DNA from: Methanobacteriota archaeon
GTDB lineage: Archaea > Thermoplasmatota > E2 > DHVEG-1
NCBI GenBank assembly: GCA_043806635.1
Contig: JAZDGT010000013.1
Coordinates: forward strand, 1-59,816
DNA length: 59,816 bases
Reading direction: 5' to 3'
This document shows positions 20,610-28,732 of this stretch, one piece after another; positions within the stretch are counted from its first letter, which is position 1; every line of letters starts with the position of its first letter. Made by a program: the position numbers and the translations under genes. Under the pieces are notes generated by a model. It did not search any database. It was not told where the DNA came from and saw only the letters and a program-made list of their open reading frames with translations.

Positions 20610-20847
20610 GTTTTTCTCTCTCCCAAATCATGATATTAAAAGCGGGTTATTCATTTTTTATCTTTTTCTTCTTTTACTCTTTTTTCTTCTCTACTTCGTT
20701 CGTGATATACGTCCCTCATTTGCTGATTATCTTCATCCTGTTTTTGTCGTTCCTTCTTTCGTCCCTCTCTCTTTTTTGGTGAACCAATAATAGCATCTAT
20801 CCATTTTCCCATTTCATCATCAACTCCTATACTCTATTGAGAGAAGG

Positions 20848-21042
20848 TTATTCATGTTTATCCTTCTGTTTCCTTTTCTCCCGATATCGCCAACTATATC
20901 CGGGGTATCTCTTTGCTTGAAAACCTCTCAGAAACTCTTCAAATGCGAGTGAGTTATGGAAACGGATTGTCCGAACAACTTTACTTGTTTTTCCATCAAA
21001 TAACTCAATAACTTTTTTATATTTTATTCCACCTCGCCTCAT
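20848..21042 (-). CDS. Small basic hypothetical protein
   Basis: GAGGA SD before ATG 21042; MRRGGIKYKKVIELFDG..YPGYSWRY. Confidence 0.55.
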   Translation of the reverse strand: MRRGGIKYKKVIELFDGKTSKVVRTIRFHNSLAFEEFLRGFQAKRYPGYSWRYREKRKQKDKHE

Positions 21043-21068
21043 GTATCCTCTCTCTCTAATCACGTGTA

Positions 21069-21281
21069 TCATAACTCATGGTTCCTTAAGAATATGTGCG
21101 TCATCGTGCTCGTGTTCCCCGCTAGTTTTTTTTTACTAGATAAAAACAGGGGAATCCCCACTACGATGACGAGTAATCCACCAGTGAACAAAGGATTATG
21201 TATGCTCGAAAACACGCTTTTTAATGATACCACCAGGCCAAGCGTACCAAAACCCACTATCATACCTTTCGTACGTTCCAT
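21069..21281 (-). CDS. Possible small two-TM membrane protein
   Basis: MERTKGMIVGFGTLGLVV..GGLLVIVVGIPLFL; no recognisable family. Confidence 0.35.
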   Translation of the reverse strand: MERTKGMIVGFGTLGLVVSLKSVFSSIHNPLFTGGLLVIVVGIPLFLSSKKKLAGNTSTMTHIFLRNHEL

Positions 21282-21471
21282 ATGATTCGAAATACTATTA
21301 CTCCCCCTTGAAATACTAAAGAAGAGAATACAAGGTTCTTTAAAAATATATCTTTTGACGGGATTCGAAACATATACAAAAATTCGAGACTCTTCCAATA
21401 AACCATATATACATTTACGTGGCATAAATTATCATAATTTATGATGAAAAAAGAGAAAGGTGGAATAGAAA

Positions 21472-22053
21472 ATGCAACGAAAAAATCTGAAAATAGGCAT
21501 AATTGTTGAGCTGATGTTCTTTTTAACCATGGTACTATTTTCAATAACAGTTTCTGCAGTGAGAACGACATTCAATGGCGGTGATATTAACGGGTACTTC
21601 TTTCGTTTGGAATATACAGGTGGATATTCTATCCAGTGCAACGCTCGAGGTAACCGTCCCGTTGGAATAACTCGATTTACCGATGAATTAGGGTGTTCTG
21701 TTGATTATAGTTTCAATTTAGGGGAAAATTATGAGCACAACAATCTTAGATTATCAATGACCGTCTTCCTCGATGCATCTCCGTACACTCTGAATATTTA
21801 TATTAGCGGAGCAAACCACACTTATCAAGGATCCCTAGAAAGCTTTACCCACAATCCATATCTTGGATGGCATTCGTACAGTATCGACGCCACGTTATAT
21901 CGAGATGGAGTTGCAATCGCTTCGGATCGTGCTGTAGGACATGTTTATGTTTTCAGAAAGCTTGTTGATAATATGAATCCGATTAGTACCTCGGTAGATC
22001 AAGAAGAATCTCAAATAGATGAGGAAATAATTATTAATCCTCTATCGCCCTAA
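21472..22053 (+). CDS. Secreted hypothetical protein (AT-rich)
   Basis: Signal peptide ending TVSA; AGGTGG SD; beta-rich mature part. Confidence 0.7.
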   Translation: MQRKNLKIGIIVELMFFLTMVLFSITVSAVRTTFNGGDINGYFFRLEYTGGYSIQCNARGNRPVGITRFTDELGCSVDYSFNLGENYEHNNLRLSMTVFLDASPYTLNIYISGANHTYQGSLESFTHNPYLGWHSYSIDATLYRDGVAIASDRAVGHVYVFRKLVDNMNPISTSVDQEESQIDEEIIINPLSP

Positions 22054-22086
22054 TAAAATTCTTTAATATTCTTCTTTGGGTTATGG

Positions 22087-23715
22087 TTACCGAGGATCTC
22101 TTGGCGGACCACCTGGGTTTTGGATGGGCGTCTCTGGGTTTTTACTATCGATTACGATATTTTGTGGTTCAAATCCATTGATGTTGAACAATAGTGATTC
22201 TGACCATTCGCTCTCCTGATCTCGGTTGTCTTTCGCTTTCACTTTGATTTGATAGAATCCGAGTTGCGTCCATTCATGGGATAGTGAAACGTCGAAATCA
22301 GAGTTATATGGTCCGACCCAGTCGCTTGTGGTGCCATCGCCCCAGCTCCATTGATAATACACTGGGTCGTTTTCACGATCCATCGTCACCGTATGAAACC
22401 AGTACTCAGTATTCGTCCGACCCATGGATGATCCCTCCGGTCTTTCGGGGCGTTGCGGTGCGATGTTCACCCATCGGTTCTGTTCCATGAACGGGTAAAA
22501 ATCATAACTCCCAGCACCACCGACTGTATACGAGGTGTCACCTATCCCATCCTCATCCGTATCATCCCCTGTGTAATCTCCCCAGTAGTTTCCCCCATCA
22601 GGATAACTCAGATTCCAGGTGTTAAGACAATCATCATACCCGTTCTCCATGTTCAGGAAAATATTGTTGTGGTACACCAGGTTGTGTATGCTCCCGAACA
22701 CCATGACTCCTTCACGGTTATGATGAACCGTACACCCAAAGACCACGTTATCATTAGACAAATCTCGGATTTGAATACCAGCCCAGCTGTTATTATGAAC
22801 CGTGTTATTCACGATCGTATCATTTGTTGAGTGGTACAACAGAATGCCGGTGTTCGTACGATACGCCTGGCTATTCATAATACTACAGTAATCCGAGAGT
22901 TCTAGGAAGAACCCGAACCCGAGGTTATCATGGGTTTCACAGTCTGATGCCACCGTATCATCTGTGTCGTAGAAATGGATACCGTACCCGGCGTTCCCAT
23001 ACGCGACGCATCTACTCATACTACAGTTATCTGAGTAATCCAGGTAGAACCCGTAATAGTTGTTGTATGAGGTGCACTCTGTGATAGTGACTCGTTGGAC
23101 ATCGAACAGGACGAACCCGTGATCATGGTAATTCTGGTTATCGTTATCATAGGATGTGCAACGGGTGAGGGTGCAGTCCCTGCTTTTCCACACGTACACC
23201 CCATACCGATGATTATGATGACTACACACATCGACTAGAACACAACGGGAAGAGTTTTTTACGTACACGCCAAACATATAACAGTTCTGTATAGTACAAT
23301 CACGTATGGTGACATCCTGAGTGTTCACAACGTAGAGTCCATAGGTGCTTGCATCACACATACTAAACGATTCCATGGTGACGTTATGTGCTGTTATCGT
23401 CACCAAGGTGCCTGGGTTCTGAATAATCGTGGTACCCTGGTCTTCACCAACTAGCTGAATCCTGTTTTTGCCGATGACAAGGTTCTCATGATACGTCCCT
23501 GTGAAAACATAGATGCGGTCTCCTTCCTGTGCACTATTTATTCCCTCCTGGATAAGTCGGTACGGGTGATCAAGTGATCCATCCCATGGTCCTGCGGTGT
23601 TGTCATCGTTCACATAGATGATAGTACCCTTTGTTGAATCACTGTTGACCACGAAAAAACTGATGGATGAAGTCACCAGCATAAAACAGACTATACCTGG
23701 GGTTATGCTTCGCAT
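22087..23715 (-). CDS. Secreted CASH/NosD-like parallel beta-helix protein with C-terminal PKD-like domain
   Basis: IIYVNDDNTAGPWDGS..IQEGI cap, beta-helix repeats, GGNYWGD, YYQWSWGDG..KVKAKD..SEWS. Confidence 0.85.
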   Translation of the reverse strand: MRSITPGIVCFMLVTSSISFFVVNSDSTKGTIIYVNDDNTAGPWDGSLDHPYRLIQEGINSAQEGDRIYVFTGTYHENLVIGKNRIQLVGEDQGTTIIQNPGTLVTITAHNVTMESFSMCDASTYGLYVVNTQDVTIRDCTIQNCYMFGVYVKNSSRCVLVDVCSHHNHRYGVYVWKSRDCTLTRCTSYDNDNQNYHDHGFVLFDVQRVTITECTSYNNYYGFYLDYSDNCSMSRCVAYGNAGYGIHFYDTDDTVASDCETHDNLGFGFFLELSDYCSIMNSQAYRTNTGILLYHSTNDTIVNNTVHNNSWAGIQIRDLSNDNVVFGCTVHHNREGVMVFGSIHNLVYHNNIFLNMENGYDDCLNTWNLSYPDGGNYWGDYTGDDTDEDGIGDTSYTVGGAGSYDFYPFMEQNRWVNIAPQRPERPEGSSMGRTNTEYWFHTVTMDRENDPVYYQWSWGDGTTSDWVGPYNSDFDVSLSHEWTQLGFYQIKVKAKDNRDQESEWSESLLFNINGFEPQNIVIDSKNPETPIQNPGGPPRDPR

Positions 23716-23944
23716 ACCATTTGTTCCTCCTTCTACTCTCGTATTAAGGATTTTTATGTATGGCTTAAATGTTTCCATAATTATTAACAAATGTTTATAA
23801 TTTAATTGCAACAACCGTCACATAACCATATCCTTCTTTTTTTGAACCCCAGTTTTTTTTGTATAATTTTGACGTTTTACCACCAAACGTTTAAATATGT
23901 TCATTGACAAACCATAGCACAACTCAGGAGTGAAGAGAAAGCGG

Positions 23945-24064
23945 ATGACCAAAAAACAACCCAAAAAAAACTTTTATGAGAAAAAAGCTCGTATTAAAAA
24001 ATATAAGCAAGCCAAAGAAAACAAACCATATTACGCGTTCGGATTTCTCGTCGGCGACTACTAA
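23945..24064 (+). CDS. 39-aa basic small protein (not in ORF track)
   Basis: MTKKQPKKNFYEKKARIKKYKQAKENKPYYAFGFLVGDY; AGGAG SD and TTTAAATA TATA (~23890) upstream. Confidence 0.6.
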   Translation: MTKKQPKKNFYEKKARIKKYKQAKENKPYYAFGFLVGDY

Positions 24065-24068
24065 AAAA

Positions 24069-25382
24069 TTACACTATTATTTTTTGATATTCACCTAACG
24101 CCTGGTTCATCACCTGAATAAACATTTCCAGATCAGACGTATTTTGGAACACATTTAATGCCTGTTTCTGATATTGTACCGCATTCTCATAATACGTTTT
24201 GTTTACACCACTCAGATTCATCCCCAGATAGTGTTGATACGAATGAAACACGTTACTTGTAATCCATGATGCATTTTCCCCAAGAGCCAGAGATGTAACC
24301 AGAGATCCTTCATCAAACATCTGCGACTTACTCCCACGATCACAATCAACGTACACCGGCTCCACAAATGGTGTAGTAATCCACAGCCACCGCTCCTCCC
24401 CCTTCATAAACCGGAAAATATAATCAGTTTTAGTATCCCATTCGTCACCCGGGTAACAAACACGTTCAATCACTTGATGACTCGTCGCATACGGCGTCTC
24501 CCCCTTCGTTGAATCCAGTAGTACCCACCCGTACCCAGGAACATAGTACTCCACCATATAGTGCATCTGGGTCCAAAATCCTTGGTCATTATGCGCGAGT
24601 AAAACCCGTGCGGGGATATGTTGTGACCGGAACAACGCACACGCGAGATGAGACCGACCCACATTATCACCATTAATAAGTAGCGTGGTCAACGCATCTT
24701 GGGAAAAAAATATTTTACTATTCAATTGTACCACGAACAGTCCGTACCGATGATGTTTAATGAAATATGCGACCCGCTCCGCAAACCTGATCATGTTCGG
24801 GCTTATACCCCGAAGCTGCTCAGCCTTATGCTGAAGCAATGGATTATATATTTGAACCACAGGTGACCGTTGCAGCCACACCCTGGTCTCAATGGGCAGA
24901 CTTAAAACTCTTGGAAACCGGACAAACCGGGGGAGATCCGTAAACTCATGATCGTCAACTAGCACCCAGACACTGAAATGAATCAGCACCTCCTCACCAG
25001 TTACTAACGACCCTAATCTGAACACCACCACCTTATTCACCCCAGGGGTCTCATTCTGGATCCTATAATTAATGAGTGGTGCGGTGCTATCATTATATAT
25101 TTCTAAATACAAGGGAACCTGATAGGCGTACTCAGGCGGGAAGACGAACCGGACCTCACATGTGTCCACCGAAGCGGAGGCAGTCAGAACTAGGTAATGT
25201 TCTACTCGGAGCAGATGTACCTCAACCTCATCCTCTGCAAGTGGAGACAAGAATTGGGTGTCCATCGTCTCAGCGCTCACGATAACGGGGAGGAGGAGTA
25301 AGAGTACGCACAGTATTCCTATGATTGTTTTCTGCGGTATCATCGGTCTATGTACTCTTTTTTGAGTAGTCTTCTGTATCAT
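24069..25382 (-). CDS. Secreted transglutaminase-like domain protein with Cys-to-Asn at the catalytic position
   Basis: GDNVGRSHLACALFRSQHIPARV, HYMVEYYVPGYGWVLLDST; signal peptide; start 25382 or 25343. Confidence 0.82.
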   Translation of the reverse strand: MIQKTTQKRVHRPMIPQKTIIGILCVLLLLLPVIVSAETMDTQFLSPLAEDEVEVHLLRVEHYLVLTASASVDTCEVRFVFPPEYAYQVPLYLEIYNDSTAPLINYRIQNETPGVNKVVVFRLGSLVTGEEVLIHFSVWVLVDDHEFTDLPRFVRFPRVLSLPIETRVWLQRSPVVQIYNPLLQHKAEQLRGISPNMIRFAERVAYFIKHHRYGLFVVQLNSKIFFSQDALTTLLINGDNVGRSHLACALFRSQHIPARVLLAHNDQGFWTQMHYMVEYYVPGYGWVLLDSTKGETPYATSHQVIERVCYPGDEWDTKTDYIFRFMKGEERWLWITTPFVEPVYVDCDRGSKSQMFDEGSLVTSLALGENASWITSNVFHSYQHYLGMNLSGVNKTYYENAVQYQKQALNVFQNTSDLEMFIQVMNQALGEYQKIIV

Positions 25383-25448
25383 TATCCTCTGTACAAAGAG
25401 TGGTATTCCTTTGTATATATAGCTTTTGACTATCCTGTGTTTTTGTGT

Positions 25449-25514
25449 GTTACCCCCCACCATATAATGTAAAAAAATGTACATTGAAGTACATTTATTA
25501 GCAACATTTAAATA
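25449..25514 (+). repeat. Copy C of the TGTACA-phased element, abutting a TATA box
   Basis: gttacccccc...TGTAAA/TGTACA/AGTACA at 25468, 25478, 25488, then tagcaacaTTTAAATA. Confidence 0.65.
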
Positions 25515-25546
25515 GGGGACCCTCCATAATAAAAAAATGTGACCAC

Positions 25547-25861
25547 ATGAAAAAAACACTCACAACCCTCTTCTTCATACTCCTCCTCACACTCATCATC
25601 CCCACACACACCATACCTCCAACAAAAGCAGACAACACAAACCGAATCATCCCCATGATCATCATCGGAACCATAGAAAACAAAACCTACTATAACGGCG
25701 TCATGTCATTCAACGCAATAACCATATACAGATTCACACCACTAACCACCCCAGAATTCAGAGGCTTCTACCAAGGAACCATGCGACTCAAAGGCCTCAT
25801 CGGACTTGCAACAAACCACTTCATCTGCGGCTACTGCCAATACCAACCCGAAGGATGGTAA
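25547..25861 (+). CDS. Small secreted hypothetical protein
   Basis: MKKTLTTLFFILLLTL signal peptide; similar motif layout to 6222-6620. Confidence 0.7.
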   Translation: MKKTLTTLFFILLLTLIIPTHTIPPTKADNTNRIIPMIIIGTIENKTYYNGVMSFNAITIYRFTPLTTPEFRGFYQGTMRLKGLIGLATNHFICGYCQYQPEGW

Positions 25862-25904
25862 CACGCCACCCCCCCCCAAAAAAACTTTTACTCGAGAAAA
25901 ATAA

Positions 25905-26570
25905 TTATTTCTCAGCAACAACCAAAAACTTCCAATCCCGCGACTCCCCCTCTTTCTGAATCACCGAGAAACCAGCATCCACCAGGAACCCCTCAACATC
26001 AGACACCGTGAACGCGCGCTCATACGCATTCTTCTGATACAAAATCACCCTCCGCTTTGCCCCATGCAGACCCATTTGACGCAACATCATCCACTGCCTC
26101 CACCCAGAAAGCCGGGCGTTCAACGACTCAATCACCACCCGCCCACCCGGTCGTAACACCCGATGAATCTCCCGACACCCATCCACCGGAGTCTGCCAAT
26201 ACAACAAACTGAACCGGCACACCACCACATCCACCGAGTTCTCCCTGAACGGAAGATGCTCCGCACGCCCCTGCACCGGGATGAACCGAAACACACCCGC
26301 CTCCCGGTTATTCCGCTCCGCAAGCTGAAGCATCGACCGCGACAGATCCACACCCAGCAACCACGCCGCAGGAACACGCTCATGAAGCACCACCGAAAAC
26401 AACCCAGGCCCAGCCCCGACATCAATCACTACAGGCTCACGAGAAAACGAGGGCATATACTCCTTAGTCTTCTCCGCGAGCTCCTCATACAACCCCGCAT
26501 ATTGCCGCATATACTGGTCAAACTGCACCGCTAACTCCGCAGTAACAGATCCATCCTTCTGAAAGACCAT
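25905..26570 (-). CDS. Class I SAM-dependent methyltransferase (UbiE-like)
   Basis: VIDVGAGPG, GVDLSRSML, AEHLPFRENSVDVV, EIHRVLRPGG. Confidence 0.88.
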   Translation of the reverse strand: MVFQKDGSVTAELAVQFDQYMRQYAGLYEELAEKTKEYMPSFSREPVVIDVGAGPGLFSVVLHERVPAAWLLGVDLSRSMLQLAERNNREAGVFRFIPVQGRAEHLPFRENSVDVVVCRFSLLYWQTPVDGCREIHRVLRPGGRVVIESLNARLSGWRQWMMLRQMGLHGAKRRVILYQKNAYERAFTVSDVEGFLVDAGFSVIQKEGESRDWKFLVVAEK

Positions 26571-26709
26571 AAAGACCCAGTACTCCTCAACCGCTCAACG
26601 TCTCCTCTGAATAGGGTACCCTATGAAAAAAACTATCGCCCTCCTCACCTTCATCAAACAGAAACTTAGATAATCCTATTCATACCATACCCTACTGGGA
26701 GGACCAGCT

Positions 26710-27327
26710 ATGGAGTTACCCTTCAAACAACGATGGCGCCAATACCTCACCACCAAAACCTCAGGATACATCTGGCGCCTCATCGACGACCTCGCCTGCA
26801 AACTCACCAGGTTCGCAACCTATTACGAAACATCCATCGGTAATGAATACGCGAAAGAATACGCTAGACTCAACATCACCGAAAAGAAACATATCCTCCA
26901 CATCGGCTGCGGATCCTACCCGCTCACCGCCATCATCCTCGCGAAAAACAATGATGCTCACTCCATCGTCGGCATCGACAACGACACCCGAGCAGTCACC
27001 GCCGCCCACACCATCATCACCAACAAACACCTCACCGACCGCATCAAAATCGAACATCACACCGGACAAGAATACCCCCTCAAAACATATGACATGATCA
27101 TCGTCTCCAGCTGCTCCTGGCCGAAACTTGACATCGTCGACCACGTCCTCACCCACGCCAAAAAAAACTGTATCATCATCCTGCGTGAACTCAACCACAT
27201 CAGCGGACCCATAGACAAACGCATACGAACTAATCCGAATATAAAAATCATGAAACAAGTGGAACACCATCCGTTCCCCTTCCTCGGGCCCTTCGGCTGG
27301 CGCAGCTACTACCTCATCAAAACATAA
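26710..27327 (+). CDS. SAM-dependent enzyme, nicotianamine-synthase-like / methyltransferase fold
   Basis: ILHIGCGSYPLTAIILA resembles NAS FIGxGPLPLT; YDMIIVSSC..PK..I..H. Confidence 0.6.
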   Translation: MELPFKQRWRQYLTTKTSGYIWRLIDDLACKLTRFATYYETSIGNEYAKEYARLNITEKKHILHIGCGSYPLTAIILAKNNDAHSIVGIDNDTRAVTAAHTIITNKHLTDRIKIEHHTGQEYPLKTYDMIIVSSCSWPKLDIVDHVLTHAKKNCIIILRELNHISGPIDKRIRTNPNIKIMKQVEHHPFPFLGPFGWRSYYLIKT

Positions 27328-27331
27328 CGGT

Positions 27332-27631
27332 TTACTTTTTCCGTCTCTTTTTCAAATACGATATCACTAGATACAAAATCAGTGTTCCAAGAATAAAAAT
27401 CGTGATTGGATGAACGATAAAAAAGATCGCCAATGGAAAAAATGCAGGATTATCCCAGAAACCATACGACCGTAAACCTCCGATATGCTCTCCAGTCATC
27501 ATCTCCTCGTGTATATTCTCAATACTCTGAATTATAGGCAATGCAAATAAAGCTAAAAAAATAATCACGTACAACCCAGGCAGAATCATCGCCTGCAACA
27601 ATGTCTTCCAATGTTCTTTCATACTCTCCAT
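27332..27631 (-). CDS. Small membrane protein
   Basis: Two hydrophobic segments and a basic C-terminus. Confidence 0.6.
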   Translation of the reverse strand: MESMKEHWKTLLQAMILPGLYVIIFLALFALPIIQSIENIHEEMMTGEHIGGLRSYGFWDNPAFFPLAIFFIVHPITIFILGTLILYLVISYLKKRRKK

Positions 27632-27681
27632 CTCTCAAAAAAAATCCAATACAGAAATTATTCGTCACGATATAAATTTAT

Positions 27682-28641
27682 TCAAGCTGATCTAGCTTTT
27701 CCACCAACCACATGACGCTTACTCTCAACAAACGTCACCACCGCACCAACAATACTCGGCAGTAGCCAACTCAACACGAACCAGAACAACGAAAACCCGA
27801 TCACGTTCTCCCGTGCCACACCAAACAACGAAAGCAACCCGATCAAAGCTGCCTCACGCGTCCCCAACCCATAAATAGAGATCGGCACTGACGCGATCAC
27901 ATTCGCCACCGCTACTATCATCAAAAACCAGAGGTACGGCACCTGAATCATAAACCAAGGCGCAACCAAATACAATATCGAAAACCAGAGCCACCAACCC
28001 ACCAAAGAAAGACAAAACGGGAGCACTAGATCCTTCACCCGCGGTAATTCCGCATACAACGCATCCACATGATTCAACCATTTCTCCCGCAACGCCGCAA
28101 GCAATCTCGCCTGAAACACCCAATGAATCAACCGCCGCCCGAGATCCTTCCTGATAAGCACCACCGTCACCGATAAAAAAACCAGAAACAAGACCACAAT
28201 CACGGGGAACACACCAGGCACCCGATTCCCAAGCATAAAACCACCCGCCACCCCGAAACACAGCAACGACAGATAATCCACTGTGTTAAACAACAAAATA
28301 TCCACAATACATTTCCGCAGCGACGCCCCACTCTCATCCTTCAAGTACAACGCCCGTGTGTACCCCCCAAACCCACCCGGAGTAACAAACCCGTAAAAAT
28401 ACCCGATGAAAATATTCTTCAACGAATACGAGAAACCAACCCTGATCCCATGCTTCCTCAAAATCAAATGCCACTCAACATTCACTAACAAGATAATCGG
28501 TATAATCGAACCAAACGACACCAACACATACCACGGGTTCAACGAGGAAAACACCGCAAGGATTTTCCCAATATTCAACGTCGACAGGATATAAAAGAAA
28601 ATCACGACACCGACAATCGGAAGCAGCTTCTTTAGATTCAT
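27682..28641 (-). CDS. UPF0104 / lysylphosphatidylglycerol-synthase TM (flippase-like) protein
   Basis: GYFYGFVTPGGFGG..RA, VPISIYGLGTREAA; multi-TM. Confidence 0.85.
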   Translation of the reverse strand: MNLKKLLPIVGVVIFFYILSTLNIGKILAVFSSLNPWYVLVSFGSIIPIILLVNVEWHLILRKHGIRVGFSYSLKNIFIGYFYGFVTPGGFGGYTRALYLKDESGASLRKCIVDILLFNTVDYLSLLCFGVAGGFMLGNRVPGVFPVIVVLFLVFLSVTVVLIRKDLGRRLIHWVFQARLLAALREKWLNHVDALYAELPRVKDLVLPFCLSLVGWWLWFSILYLVAPWFMIQVPYLWFLMIVAVANVIASVPISIYGLGTREAALIGLLSLFGVARENVIGFSLFWFVLSWLLPSIVGAVVTFVESKRHVVGGKARSA

Positions 28642-28732
28642 ACGTCAACACGGTAATACAAAAAAGACTCTATTACTTTTGTTATCACCAAGGAATCATA
28701 CAAGAACCCGAGATGGTACTCGCCCGATCATT

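Noticed and set aside
20634-20820. Possible frameshifted or recoded gene on minus
   Set aside because: Only short basic ORFs in three frames, with no recognisable homology, slippery-site or SECIS evidence.
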